A DNA stretch of 64,000 bases. Source: Takakia lepidozioides. Its lineage: Eukaryota; Plantae; Bryophyta. A model generated the notes under the pieces. The model was not told the origin of the DNA and searched no databases. It saw nothing but the letters and a program-made list of their open reading frames with translations. Position 1 is the stretch's first letter. Every line of letters begins with the position of its first letter. The stretch is taken from positions 5,084,001 through 5,148,000 of the forward strand of contig CM060733.1 of assembly GCA_030704615.1 (NCBI GenBank), read 5' to 3'. Positions 12,255 to 27,400 of this stretch are shown piece after piece. The position numbers were made by a program, and so were the translations under genes.

Positions 12255-14842
12255 GCTGCACTTAATCCTTGCACTTTATCCATCCAGTAGCAGTGCAGTG
12301 CAGTGTCTCCATTTAAAGCTTCCCAAGCTGTCACGGGCAAGTAGACAATCCGGTTACCAGTAACAGGGCCCCACCTCCACCATCCTTTCTTCCTCATAAT
12401 ATCCCCACGCGTAGTCTGATTCAACACGCGCCAAACAGAAGCAGGAGATGCCTGCCGAGAATGTGGAGGTTTTGCATGTACAACATTACAATACTTATTA
12501 TGCACATCCCCCCTTCCTCTCCATCGCTGGGCCCCTCACGGATCTATGACCGTGTCTTCAGCCACCCTTGATTCTGAGCACCTAGTTCTGCTCATAAAAT
12601 TTGTGGAAAGCTTTCTAAAAGAAGGTGACTGCAACATAGAGTTAACTTATAAGAACCTAGAGTAAGTAGAGAAGTAAAACCCCATAACCAAAGGGGAGAA
12701 TAGGTGAAGATAAAGATAAAGATTCTTTAAGAGAAAAAATCAAATCTAACCGATTGAAGTAAATCAGACAGGAAAGAAGGTGGGTCAGAAAATCTCAGTA
12801 AGGGCAAGATGGAACTGGCCCGGGCCCCTCTGCCACAAAATAGTCTTAGTTTGTGGCTTTGTGCAATAGAAACTAGCTCACAAGGAAGGCTTCAAAAAAG
12901 TTTATGCCTCCCTCAGGAAACGAAAATTACGTTATCTCTTGACCCCGAAGGACTACTACTGCCTTCCACTGGGAAAGTGGACACTTTTGTGACACCAATT
13001 GACGGTTTGAACCCACAACCACTTCCGAGGTAGTATGTGCCCATCGTCGCAAGAGCTGGGTTCATGGGCACTCCCACATGGCCCCGGAAGTCCTCATGAG
13101 GGATCGCCCCTTAAAAATGAGAAAGGGTGGTTTCATGGACACCTTTCATTCACCCCTATAAAATCATGGCACCAATTGCATGTGAGCCCATGACATAGTA
13201 AATGATAATTAATAAAAGTTTTAGGTGAAGATGTCAAAAATCATTCCTCTCCTAAAATCTAACGTACTTTGGATGGAAATCAATAACAATATGGCTGTGG
13301 TCCCGCTATAAGAAAAGACATTTGTCAACTAGTGGGGCCACAAAAATCTATAGCCCCTTGTGAAGTGAAGGGACGTCTTTTTTGTGCCCCTTAGCAAAGG
13401 CTGGGACGCTTCTTACAGAATATTCTATCTAAGCCAATAGCGCCTCTTTAATCATGGGGCGATTGATGTAGGGTCGCTTGCAGCTGCCCATGGAACCCGC
13501 CCTGGCTCTAAAATTTGTTTGTGAAAGACACTACAAGAATAGAGGTATTTGACTAATGGGGGGTTGGTATCTCGTGAGCACAACCCGCAGTCATAGGGGT
13601 TAAATGTTTTCAAACCGCGGTCATAGGAATTACATGTTAACAGCCACGGTGCATATGAGTACCTTCAGATCTATTTTCTCAATGCGAAAATAACTTTTCT
13701 AGGGCTTAAACTGCCGATACATGGACTAAAATCCACGATTTTTGTTTTTATGGGGTTGTCTGGGGTATCCGGTTCGCATAACGTAGGAAACCCCACGCCT
13801 ATAGGGTAACATGTTTCTCGTGTATAGGTGTTACTTGTTTCTTAAGTGATGCTATGAGGGCCTATCTGAGTAAGTTTAAAAAAAAAGTTCTGCAAAGTTT
13901 TTAGTTTCTCAATTTTAGTTTCGTTGGAGAATATTCGAAAGGTATCTAGAGAATATCCTTAATATTCGTGGCTACCGAAAATTCACGGGACCAAGCGTTG
14001 GGGCTTTCAATGCCTTTATTTTTGAGTTCATGTGCCAAGAAAGTCATCGACTAATAATGTCTACATCCAGAAATGAGTTCAAAGAAAGGCATCCAACTGA
14101 TAATGCATACATCAGAAATTTGAACTGCTGGCGGGAGGAATGTATCCATGGAACTTAGCACGATAGTGGATAGTGGTGATCTTGCAGCCACCAAAACAGC
14201 CGCCTCGTGTGCCTGGATGTCGCAAGTGAAAGTGGATTTGACCGAGTAGGGATCAGTCAGTCAATCTACACAAAGCACCTTGGAAACTGACAATGCGCCC
14301 AACTTCGATGGTGACGAAGAGCATGTGTATACTCTAGTAATTAGGGGAGTTTAGACTTACGGGGGTTGGATGGGGTTTTAGTGGGAAGATACTATTTGTA
14401 TACAGGACAAATCTTATGTCACTCTCTGGTAGATGTTCCATGAGCCTGTGCTGTTCGCCTTTCTCAGAATCTAAATTTTCACAATCATTCATTTCTTTGG
14501 CTGCCAGCTGCTTATGAATTGTGTTCTTGAATCAAGTGGTGGAATATGTGCTTGTGATCACAAATCAAGTATTTTGGAGATGACTGATGGTCATGAGGAT
14601 GTCAAGCATCAAAAAATGCTGCACTTGAATCCTTGAGAGTTAGATCCATACTTGCAAGATAAGCCTCAAAACAAGGCAAAAAGGTGCCGCATTGTTTGGT
14701 AGTGATTGTATTAGTACAACAATTTTTACATGGCATATGGGCCATGAGTCACTGACCAGACGACCAGACATTGAAGACTTCACTGCTGAAAGTCATTTAC
14801 TGCTCTTTCCATCAAATGTTGAAACTGGAGTTGAGACAGGTT

Positions 14843-17227
14843 TCAAGAACTTTGATTGAGTAAGTCAGCCCCTCTTACTGGGAAGAGGAATTTGGACACT
14901 GCCTTCCAGCCTGATTCACCTGGATGATAACTGTCCCAAAAGAATGATTGTGAAGGATCTGCGCATATGGTATAGACCGGCTTGCCATCTGCACCAACGA
15001 CTCCACAATCTTTGAGGGCCAGTTCCCCTCCTAAACAACAGGGCAAGAGGGGCTTTGATAATCCTGTGCACCAGTCAAAGACCACCAAAGGTCACTGTCA
15101 GCCAATGTAGGATAACACAACAGGCGACCATCAGAGAAACCTGCAAACATAGATAGTGCACACTAATGTGGGGCTAAGCTCTTAACATGATGAATAAAGA
15201 GTGCATTATGCTCACCATAACTGGAAGGTTCCTCAAGGAGGATGGTGGTGAAGGCTTTGTGTTGATCGAGTATTGTGAATGTGAAGCCAGGTAAACTACT
15301 CCTTAGTTGTGCAACATTTGGTCTTGACGAGTGCTTCGTTGTGCTGGGTGGAGATGCTATTTTTGAATTCATCACAGGCTTTGAACCCAGGTCTCGTTGC
15401 AGACGGCAAACACCCAAGAGGCTGCAAGTTGTTGACATAGAATGTATGGAGGCCAAGAGCATGTGTCTTCGAAATGGAAGTGAATAACAGAGGGCATAAA
15501 GAGGGCCTACAGGATCCAGGATCATCTATAGTGTATGTGTGAGAGAAGGAAGAAGTGCTGGGAAATTTGTGGCAATAATGCAGCAGTGCCACCACTTAGG
15601 ACATACGCCCCATAGTCGTTGCCAGACACACCAATGAGCGCCACTGACTGAGCAAGGAATTCCTTGGGGTAGAACCAACCAGAGAGGAGAATTGGCTAAC
15701 TTGGTCACTCACGTTCAGTGCGGTCCCTAAGCTGTTGAGCACCCCAGCCCCACCAATGGCAAAGTTCATTCCATATTTGGGTTCACTTGGATTTGCAACC
15801 TTTTGTTCATATGGGATAGGCGATGGGATCTGCAGTGCCAGAGCTGCAGCTGCACACATTTTGATTGTTAGACTTCTCATTGAGCGATGATGTCGTCAAT
15901 GCACTCTACAAGTCCACACTAAACTACTGTACAAAGAGAACATTGCTAATCCAGGTTATTCGCTCCATAACCTCATCATGGCAAAAGATGTAGTTACCAA
16001 AGAATTCAGAGAAGACATGTCCATCAGAGAAACGGCCATCCGGACTTCCAGGCCATGTGTGACCATATGGAATGCGCCAAGGTTGGTTCAATCGCATGTC
16101 TGTCTCGTTGCATTTGCCTGTGTCAACATAGGAATCCCCAAATACAAACAGTGCATTCGGAGGTGGGCCTGCTACCATGATTTCAGCATTACCTGCGACA
16201 CAACAATGGTGGTCCAGTTCAGTCAAGCCCATTGTCAGACTGGGTAACAAGCTAGCTGTTTGTTGTCGTCAACATTTCCTCCCTAGAGGAGACCCAAAGC
16301 TGCCTACAAAGTATGTGCACAAGGGTGGACACTTCCTAAGGGTCACTATTGGGATCGTTTTGGAAGCCTGTGTATACCAATGTGTGTATCTCATCAAGCT
16401 AGGGAACTGCCATTTGTGGCCGGATGGACAGCGTCAACCTCTGACGTTCACCTTCTGCGTGCTTAACTGAATGTGTTGGAATCTAGGGCCTTCCACGCTT
16501 TGGCAAGGGCGCATATGCTATTCAAATCGTCTTTTGCCAGTCTGAGATTGTCGGAACATCTCCCGGCGAAGAAATACCATCTTCTGGGATATGCATTCAG
16601 GCAATCCCAATTAATTATTAGTCAAGAGAAAATCCTGTGTTTGCAGTTCACATCATCCCCAAACAGCAATGGTCGGTTTGGGTCCTTCAATGTTATAGCA
16701 CCTTCTGGAGCTGACATTTCCTTCTCTGTGGAATACTCTACATTCAACGACTTGTGACCTTTCCCCATTTCGCCTCTTATCGCCCTACAATGGAGCTCAG
16801 AAAACTTCAGGTACTTAGGTCTATGTCAAGGGCCCGCATCCCAGTGCAGTAAAAGAGAGTGGGGGTTGAAGGTCAACCAACCTTGCATTCAGGCAGTCCC
16901 CTTCACAGTCTCTATCACACATTGTCACGACAGGCGAAATCCCGAGTCTATCATAAAAGTGATAATGGTGCCCCGCAGGATCGTCAAGAGACTGTGAAAA
17001 GAAGTAGCTCGAAACGTGAGTTAGGTAAAATGACACACCAGTCCGACATCTCAACATAAATGATCGAGCGACTTAGTTGAATCTTACAGCTAGAGTCTGA
17101 GCTTTTTTAGCCTTTCTTCTCATGCCAACAGAGATTCACACTACAAGAGGCACTCACCCAGATAGCCCATTGACATAAATACTGTGCACTGCAACCAGAG
17201 ATTCCATAGCTGCTTGCAAGCTTCCAT
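14843..17227 (-). pseudogene. GDSL lipase pseudogene, tandem duplicate of the 9543-12159 gene
   Basis: The duplicated block ~14364-17280 matches ~9210-12200. Exons 1 (17227-17158) and 2 (16192-15998) are open. Lesions: 4-bp deletion frameshift in exon 3 (~15670), loss of the exon-3 donor, ~0.4-kb deletion removing the exon-4 acceptor and its first ~20 codons (junction ~15462), and a +4 frameshift at ~15316. Confidence 0.9.
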
Positions 17228-18437
17228 GATGCGCTCCCTGCGCCGCCTCCACAAACCACAAACCAGGGTCCTTCAGTCTATCCCTCCACAATCCACTGTC
17301 TCTCTCTGGCCTCTGAATTATGTGTGGGCCCTCGTCGTAACGAAGCTGGTCAGGCAGTGGGGCCGCCACGCATAAAAATACCACTACCTGCATGGTGATG
17401 CATGGTGATGGCACGTATGTTACAATCTACACGTCAGCAAGCGGCTAGTCGCGTATGGCTCCTCTTTGTGATATTGGATTATACTTTTATCCACAATAAA
17501 CTTGAAGATTCATCCATTTATTTCTTCTCACAACAGCGATGTTACATGAGGGAGGTCTTACCTAGAGAAGGCACATCATGGTGTAGTTTTCAGCAAAGGG
17601 GAGGTGACACCTAGGGAAGGCACAACAGGGGCTTAGCCATTTTTGACACTGATGCGTGGTCTCCTCTTTACAATGATAAGAGGAGCCAACAAAATGCTGT
17701 TCATGATCATTTTGAGGATGTTACCTTGGTTGCAAGTGCTAAGGAGGCGACAAACCTTACGAAATTCACAAGTGCTTTTCGAAAGACGACGTCTGTAATT
17801 GAAGATGCTAGAAGCACACTCATGGCACCGAAAGGATAAAAAAAGCAGAGTGCTCTACATGGGTACATATGTACATATAGTACATGGCCTATGCTGAAAA
17901 GAGGTGAAATTTCTCTACCATACCTATCCAGTGACTGCATGATTTTTGATGTTACATCTTATATGTATATTCGGATGTATCATCTTTGTTTGGGCATTTG
18001 TGAGGATCAAGGAAAACATGACAAAGTGTAGTGCAATGTACTCACTCTATATGTAATGTTTCGCAAGTGAAAACATGCGTACTTAGCTACGATGTCAATG
18101 AATATAGATTCAGGGCATAGTGCATATTTAGTATTTACCACTACAAGATCATGACATTGTAGATATTAAAAGAGTTGGAGATCCTTCTCAGAAGGCCGAC
18201 ATGTGCATGTGTGTGATACAGAGAAAGCTTGTGCTGAAATAGCCTGCTTATGGTAGCTTGGAAGGCTCTTCTCCCATCTCAGCCAGCTGGAAAAGAGAGA
18301 AATTGCAACATCTAACCGACAAAACATGGACAAAGCAAGGTCATGCTAAAAGACTTCAATACAGAAATAAACATTCAATCAATCACTTTGATTGGTAGGG
18401 ATTATCTCACAATAAGAATTTTCAACCATTCAACCTG

Positions 18438-21400
18438 TCAGAACTCCTGCGGTTCATCTGTTCCTTCTTCCTCAACTGCCATCAGCTCTTCTTTAAAGAG
18501 AAGCTTAAGTGCTGGCAGGAGGGAGGGAAGCAATGGCAAGTCTGCCAAATTAGCACTCATCATATCAAATGCAACACACGTCTGTGTTGTGTAACTGCCG
18601 TCAAATACTGGAATTTTTGGGTACCGCTGACTGAAATGTGTCAGAATTGTCCGGTAAACCCCAGCAGCAATCCCTGTCTCGATGGCCTCTCTAGTCAAGC
18701 TGTGGTTTTTGGCGAGTGCCTCCTCTGGCATCCCATCATCAAACGTGGCCTGCATGTGCACAGACAATACGATGAAACAATTCAATCTCTATCTTCCTCT
18801 CTCTCTCTAGGTCTATACACAAATAACCTTCTGGCCCCAGTATGAGTCCTATATTTTTTCCTTGGGTCATCTTCTTCTCTCCAGCTCCAGCAAGAACGTT
18901 TCACTCCACCTTTTACATCCTGTGCTTCATTTTTCGTTTGTCTGCCCAAACTGGATGGAAGGTCGAAGCCAAAGAATAAAAAAGCTTCAGTAGTGTTATT
19001 ATCTATTTTTCAGCCTCCCTTTGCTAACCAGCATCCAGGGTCCAGAATGGTCAGACTCCAAGCCAAGGCTGCTGATCAGTTAACCCATTGAGTTTCAATC
19101 ACATTCTCATTTCTAATCTGAACTTTATAGACAAATAAAGTAAGACCTATACCTCATGTATGAGAACTGTTGCCCCTTCTGAGGCCTCAACAAGAGCTTT
19201 ACAAGGTCGCGTGTCACCAGAATAAACCAGCTTCCATCCAAGCCTCTCTCTATCCAGACTGGCATCAATCCGACCTTGCGCCTCTATCACTACACCAAAT
19301 GCATGTGGGCAATGCACCACGGGTACACTGATGAGCTTTGCAAGGCCCATGGCGGACAAGGTCTCTTTCAGCTTTTCACGGCCACCCCAGTCCAAACCTG
19401 ATAGCAGGTTGACCCCTGGTTGGAGCCAGTAATTGCGCATCTGCCCTCTCCTGGGTGAGCTGACACTCCCTCCCACCTGCAACTCGTTCTCCGCAAAAGT
19501 CAATGATGGAATCCTGATCAGCCCCCCTCGTGCACTGTTCCCATCCCCAAAGCCCTCACTTCCTTTCTTGGGGCCAGCTGCCTTGGAACTTCCACTAATA
19601 GACTCATTAATATTCTCCTCCTCAATCTTCTTGCCATCGGCTGATGGTCCTTGCTGTCTTGCTATGACTTCAGCATGTGCTGTTGTCTGACTACAATCCA
19701 GGAACTCCATTCCCAGGTCTTCAAGCCTTCCATACGCATCTAGAAAGCGCTTCAGCTGCTTTGGTCCTATCACAAGGATGGGCACAAATGCCCCCTGACT
19801 TTCTAAGAGATGCCTTCGCACTGACAATAACCGGGCAAGTCCTGTGTGGTGATCTGCATGAATGTGCGAAATCCAGACACACTTCAGCCCTGCCAGAACT
19901 TCATCCGCACCCTGTGAACCATACCTGAAGTCCAACACAACAGAAGTGTTGTTCAGGAGCACAGTTCAAGTCATACTAATCTTAAATGCAGCCAAAATAG
20001 CTTCACCAGAAACCAGAGTGCCAACCATCATCGGAACCCTTACAAAGAGTAGAAAACAAACTCAGGGAAGTGCATACACTGCTTGGAATAGCAGCTTGCT
20101 AAATTCTAGCAAGTGTGCTATGTTTGAGGAGAGGAGGGAGAGAATGTACTCATAAGACGTTGTTTGCCCCGCGCCCAGTTTCAGCGGAACACAAAGGGAC
20201 AGAACCTACCTTTGTCAAAGGCTGACGCCGGTAGTATGACTTACCTTGAAACAGAAAATTGATCCGAGGTTTCCAGATATCCTCTAGAAATCCTTTCCAC
20301 AAACATCAATCTGCTGTGTGTGATTTGCCCAATAACTAGACCCCAAAAGGGCCTGAGGTTTTGGCTCAGCCTCGGGATTTTCAAAGTTGGTAAACAGAGG
20401 TACAGGGACAGGGACAATTCCGTTGATGGATTTGAAGAGGGTGTCTCTCTGGTAAGAGTACCCAGGACCCTGAATCAAGAAAGGGGATATTGTCTTCAGG
20501 TTGCCCACACAAAGGGCATTTGCAATCCCCCTTTCCTCTGTGCGTCTCTTTGCTGTTCAACGGTAGGCTTCCCTCCCGGAGTTTAAATTTCACTCGAGTG
20601 CCGAGAGTGGGTAAACCCTTGAGGTCATCCATGATGGCCTCACCCATGTCACAGACTGGAAACAAGTTCAGGGAGGAGTGAGAGAGAGAAATGAAATGAA
20701 ATGGTACTTTATAACGTCCGCGGAAAGCTCATAGTGCTTATGGGACAAAATGGGAAAGAACATGAGAGGAAACAAAACCAGAGCCAAAAATAAAACTATT
20801 GCTCGAGGGATTGTCTAAGGGTGAAGGCCTCGTGCAGGTAAGCTGCCAAGCATTTCTGATCCTCATAGTGGAAGACTTCAGTGAGAGATTGAGTTCCGCG
20901 GAATAGACAATGGAATCTCCAACAGACCTTGTAGAGAGAGAGAGAAAGTACCTTCGTTTGAGCTGTGCATAGGTGCCTTCACCACAATCTAACATAAGGC
21001 CCCCGCGTTCAAAGAGGTGCACGTAAATAGCACTCACATTCCGGTACTTTGAGGGTTGTGATGAACCTGTGCCAAGAAACACCATTTCCATCTCCTCTCT
21101 ACTGACACCCTGCAGGCAATCTGGAATATCCTCCTCTAGATGATCCTCTGAAACAGGCTCCATTCCAGTTGAACTTGAAGTTCTCATTTCATTCCTCACG
21201 TTGGGCTCGTGCCTACCCTCCTCTACTCCCATACCACCAAGGTAACAAGGTCGGAACAATCCAATGTCATTGTCTCAAGAAATCAAAGAGTCTCATAATG
21301 ACCCAGCAACTGGCTCACTTGCAGTTGCCAGACTACCTAACTTTTGCATACTTTAAAGCATGTGATGCATGATTTGCAGACACCATTCCAATAAGAACTA

Positions 21401-24400
21401 CTGGAGCCAATGCATGTTCTTGCTTGATAATTAATTCTAATTTTTGTTAGCTGGGACTGATATTTGAGATGTAACAAAATTGCAGGATGGGAGAAAGAAA
21501 AAGTTGGATTGTGGACTTCTGTTCTACAGTAGTGGTATTTCTTCCAATGATCACATCTGGAGATAATCAATTTATTCCATCTACTGCACACTGTTCCAGC
21601 AACCAGAATCTTCACATCCAAAGAGCTTGAAGACTCAACAACCACATTCAATTTCTTGAGAACGAAAGGTTGACTGTGACTCATGGGGTGTACCTGTTGA
21701 GCCTGAATTGCTATGTGTTAGAAGTCCAGTCCCTAATTTGGGCAGACATTCTGCCAGCCAAGGCTCTTCAACAGGATAGTACTGACAATGGCTTTCTTCT
21801 TGCTCTGTGACCATTGGGCCTACTCCTGAATCGCTAATGGTAACATGACCCATAGAGGTATTCCACAAATCTGCAATCTGCCTGGATGCTTCCAGCACCT
21901 CTGGGATGTCAAGGGCCAGCTGTTCCTGAACCTCTTTAATGCTGAAGGGTCCAGGCACTGCAGAGCGGTCGAACCCCAAGCCTGCCAATGGCCGTAAACG
22001 GAACTACAGCCCCACCAGCCATACAGAAGACAGTATGAGTGCTTTTAGAGACATGGAAGCAAAACATAAGGGAAAGGTAATCCCACTTGAGCTAAAGCAT
22101 ACTGTACAGAGACTTTCAAAGCGCATGTCTAGTTATCGAGTCATTTCCAGCATCTATCCATACCTTCAAGAGGTTTTCTGCAACAGCAACTGTTCCCGAA
22201 CATGTTGCACCTGTCTGCCACAACCAATGAAAATGCTTAGTTTAGATATGTGCTTAAACGTAGAACAAAGCCATGGTCAGAATTCACTATTTGTTGGTAA
22301 CTGGACATTGTATGAGTATCCCTTAAACCTTCGTCACATGATAGGCAATGGAGAGATTGTTGGTACCCAAGGGCTTACAATTGCACTTGCCTCAATAGGA
22401 GGTAGTTCTGTGTCTGGATCCTTCGGTTGCAGACTGGAAACAGGAAACACCTGAGGGCAAATAAAATTCAAACGGGACACCACCCTTGCACTGGACTTCA
22501 AAATTGGTGCCGCCATGTTCAACCTGGGATCAAGAAAACAAATCAATATTCCCAGATTGAAGCTCTTGAGTGCTTGTAACTGTTTTGACTTCTTCGTCAG
22601 AGAAAATTTGATACCTGATTCAAGTAGCTTGCTAAATGTCAAAAACCTCTCTGCTTACAGGGAAAGTGAAGAGTATAAACAAACTCCATACATCCAACAT
22701 GATGTACCAACAGGCCACCAGCACTCCTAACTTGAAGTCCATTCCTAATAAACCCCTATGTTAGCACACATATGTACCCACAACAAGGATAACAAGAGTA
22801 CTACATATCTATGGCACTACGCTTGGTATTTTACAATAACTTGTAAAAATTCCCCTACAAAGTGGTCATTCATTCAGCAGCTGCAACCTCCCACTGCCCC
22901 CTTCCCCCCTGCATCACTTCTCTTAGTTTCTCTTCTCCTTGGTTCTTCCTTCTTTTTATCTCTGTCACTTTATCTGCCTGCTTATGAACAACTGACCAAA
23001 GGCAAAGTCAACAACAGCTAAGTGCAAAGTGCAATCGTACACGCCATGGCCGGCCATCACATGTTGGACTCGTGGGAAATGCAACATCCATTCTTGATAT
23101 CGGGGGTCCTCGGTCACAACGGCTGGGCTGATATGCACCATGAGTGTGACCTGTTTGGCTAAGCTTCCTGCATCCAAACTTCCAAGAACCAGGGATGTTT
23201 CTTGGAGGGAGCATAGGCCCGGGGCCGATATTAAGGATGGGATATGCAAGACGGTAGGGCAGTCAACGAGGACAAATATGGGGCCTGGAGATGAAGGTCC
23301 CATGACATCGCTAGGATGAACCTGCCAGACCACCAAAGCCAATGCAGGTTCACAACTGTCAGGCGGTGCTCCTTAGAGGGAAACTTTGCTGTCTCATACA
23401 ATTAGAATAAAACTTTCAGACTCTCCCTTGCTGTCACCCTCACTCTCCCTCCCTCTGCCTCTATGTACATCTGTCTAACACTCACACTCATAACCAGCCA
23501 CACTTAATTTCTGAAAATTGTTCTGGTGATCTATAACCAGACCAGACCCATTCAAATTCTTAGTCTGAAAAGAGACACAACCTGAAGGCCCAGCAACTGT
23601 AGTTACCAGTTCCCTCTGTAAGTAAATTTGCCTGTGCAGTTATGGAAAGTTGCTTCTAGTCTTTCAGCCCATTAGAACTTTGAAAAGAGTGAAACCATCC
23701 GCACCAGTGTTTTGCCATCATCTGCAATCACTGACTTGCCAGCCTGAAGTAGACCATAATGTGGTCCCGGTCGCCGGAAAAATGCCTCCGCCTTAATAGG
23801 ATCAAACTTGCCTTTTACCTCTGGTAACTCGCACACATACACCACTGCAACCTCGCCAGCTCTACACGTGTCAGCAACAATACCTCCAGGGACTTGCCCA
23901 GTGGCTGGCAATGGCTCCTCCACTCGTGGGCGTTTCTGGCCTGCAAAGGTTCATTGTGGCGGTGGTGATTAAGAATGGACTAGAATGTCTCCCATCACAT
24001 TATCCTCCCACATGGTTTCAAACATCCAGAAAGGCTGCACAGCAGAATAAATCCGACCTAGTATATGCAACAGTTCACCTGATTAAGGCCAGATGAAGGC
24101 CAATGCCAGAGACATTTTCACTTTCAAATTCAAATCAGAGTTCTGACCTCATAAAAAATTGGATGGGCACATGTCCGCATCCTTCCTGAATGATGCATGG
24201 GAAACTTCTATTTGACCAAAGTTTTTCTTAACCAAGCAGCTTCATGTGAACAGCTTAGATACAGAATCTGTTTATCAGACATACTACAGATTGAGGTTGA
24301 GGTATCTATCCTTCAACCTTTTTTCACTCCGCTTCCAGTAGCTGCAGTAGAACTTGTGCCCAGGCCACTTTTGTCATTTTCTAGGGCCTCCACAGGCTCG

Positions 24401-27400
24401 GGACACAATAAGACAGCAGAGATCTTCACTACATCATCCTCTAGCAAAACTGAGGCACTTGTCTCTTTTTGGCCATTGGAGCCCAAACCCACAGAGGGTA
24501 AGGCCCCAGGTCCGGCACCAAAGCTGTGGGTGTGGACCACTGATGCATTTGGTACAAATGTGCGCATGGCATCTACAAGGTAATGTAAATCTGACGGGCC
24601 CCAGATGTTAACCTGCACCCGCAGTCAAGTCATGTCAGTTTTAGCAATTTCTACAAGACTAGGGGGCAAAAAAGTGATTTGCAGAGCTAACAGGGCATAC
24701 AACCGTTACCTCCCTTCTGCCCTACACAGAGATACACGTAAGACTCAAAGACTGATAATCTACCAGTATGAATGGTTGGTGCACCATCTGCTTCGGATTC
24801 CCTAGTTATCAGAACTTTATGCCAAACCAACAATTTCCAGGTCTAAGTGGGTTCATGTACAAGGCTATAGAACTTCAACTTGTCCTCTTCCTCCCACCGA
24901 CTAATAATGGGTCCCCTCACTGTTATTCATCTGTTTTACCATGCCAAGAAGAGAAACTTATGTCCTAACAAGACAAAATGAACTGTACAATTATGTGTGA
25001 CAAGGAGGACAGACATACTCACCGCCATCCCAACGGAATCCCCAATGCCTGCCAACGTAAGAAGGAGACCTACACACACGAAGGACTGACTCTTAAAACA
25101 CGGAACAGCCATATGAGATTTCCTCCTGCACTAACAACTCGCCAAGAATCTAGGAGGATCTGAAGTTGGCAGTAAAATTGGCATATTGGCAAAGCACTTC
25201 CTAGGCTCCTCCAACAGAAAGAGACTAGCAGTCTCTGTCATCAGCTACAATGAATTTGTGCAGGTGGACCTCAAACCAGTTCTTATGCTACTAGGAGAGG
25301 TAAGGATTTTGGGGCCAGATCTGCAGGCATGATATTCTGCAGGGATTGATGTCAGGGACACAAAAACTCCATCAAACCCACGTTACAACCTCTGCACAGA
25401 CTGACTTATGCACCATCAATTTTGTGGGTTTTACTTTAGAAAATCAGACAGCAGTGATCATGAAACCTCACTAAGCCACTGCAGATTATGACTCACAAAC
25501 TGTACCTTATACAGACTATGACCTCTTCGACGTATTGTCTGTAGTCTCTACCTTACAACATCACCTTGCAAATCCAGATCTGAGTCTAATTCTACTGATA
25601 TTAAACTAGTTTTAAACACCACCCATATAGACTTCGGTAACCAGGAGTTCAATTTATGAAACTTCATTGCTATAGTGATGATCACTACCCCACATCGAAC
25701 TAGCACCCATAAAGTTTCATTGCAAAAGTGGCAATGAGGATATGGCTGTTGCAGTGACAGTCATAAGCATGTACGTAGGGTGGAGGGTCATTTACCAGGA
25801 AGGCCGCCAGCCGTTTCTGTGCAAACTCGAGTCAGAAACACATGGTCTATCTGAAACACAGCAGCCCTTGGTTACAGCTTCAGCTGCCAAGTTGCAATCT
25901 TCCTTTACATAGTACTGGACGTGGAGTTTCACTCATGAATGAGAGGATAGAGAGGAAGAGAGAGGGGAGGCAAGCACAATGCTATGCACTACATGAAAAA
26001 GAGACCAGACAAGGACACAAAACAGAAGAAGAGGGAAGGCCCACCCTCCATTAGCAAACTGGGCGAGGTTGCATGCCTTGGATAGCTTGATCTTGTGCTC
26101 TATGCAGAACCGCTGCAACCCCTGCTTCCCCATGCAAATAACAATGAGGTTTGACCAATGCGCATCTATGCAAATGAGGAACTTCTCAAATTGTTATAAA
26201 AACTTTAAATCATTTCTCTCTCTTTTTCTAAATATGTCACTCTCTAGCAAATGGGATGCCATTGTTGTGAGAAAGCTATTACAGTACCAGACTGAGATTA
26301 TCACAAAACCAGACAGATTATCTCTTGTTAGGTCAATGCCTGCAAGGCTACAGCATCCATGTACTGAAACTTATTGGTGCAGTCTCTCCATATGTGCAAA
26401 TTTTCCTTTTTTATGATGGCAGGATATGGTACAAGGTGATTTCCCAATCCCCTGAACAGTGATCCCCATATAAACAAGGATATTCAAGGCTTTCTGTTTG
26501 TACAAGTGCAGCCTTTAGCCTAGAGCAAAATATAAGTGACCGCAATACCGGCGGACGCATTATATTTCAAAATAAAAAATAATAGCCACCGCCAGATCTT
26601 TGGCAGTACAAAACACCTTCAGCTTTTCACCCCAGCCCCGCACCAACTCCTCATACCATAAGGTTGTCATATCATATGTAAAGCACCATAGACCCAAAAA
26701 ATGGATAGGTAAGTCACATAAGATTAAAGAATCTCAGCGATCTCACCTCTCCCGCATTGAAAAGAAAACGACGTTGGTCAAAGAACAGCAACACACAAGG
26801 CGCTGTATCACCAGTGTCCATGCCTGTGCCAAGAATCTGCCAAAATTACCATATTTAGACAAGGATAGATGTAACGGTCACTTAACCATGACCATTTAAC
26901 CAGGAAAAGTATTTACAGGCGACGGCTCCCGCGGTGCCGCAACACTGGCTTTCAGTCTTTTCTAAATCAGTGTTCTAAAGTGCATGTATGCCAATTTTGC
27001 AACCCACCAAGCTCTGAGAATACACACTTTGTTTAGAGATGACCTTCAGATCACTGTTCGTTGAGAGAACGTACAAGGGGTGCGGACAACTCTTGGCAGT
27101 CCATGGCAGAAACCCACAAACCTCTGGGGCAATACTCTAATGTCAATTTGCCTAGGCTAGGTCAAAAGTTCCTTGCAATTTTGGGAGGGGGGAGGAGTGA
27201 GTATTGCCTGCACAAAGCTCAGAGTGCTATTAGCATGTGCCAACGTTGTTCGCAAAGTCAATTGCTTGGGACCGGCCACCTTCTCCTTCTTGACCATTTC
27301 AGGCAATTCTTCCACCAGCTGCGGAGCCTCGGAATGCCTGAGGCGCACAGATTTCTCAAGGCCTTCTAGTCGTACTCCACACAACACCTGGTAGTGCAGA

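Noticed and set aside
13529-13990. Lone CACTACAAGAA end, plus a weak inverted repeat at ~13052/13510
   Set aside because: No partner TIR or TSD found; probably decayed TE but not supportable.
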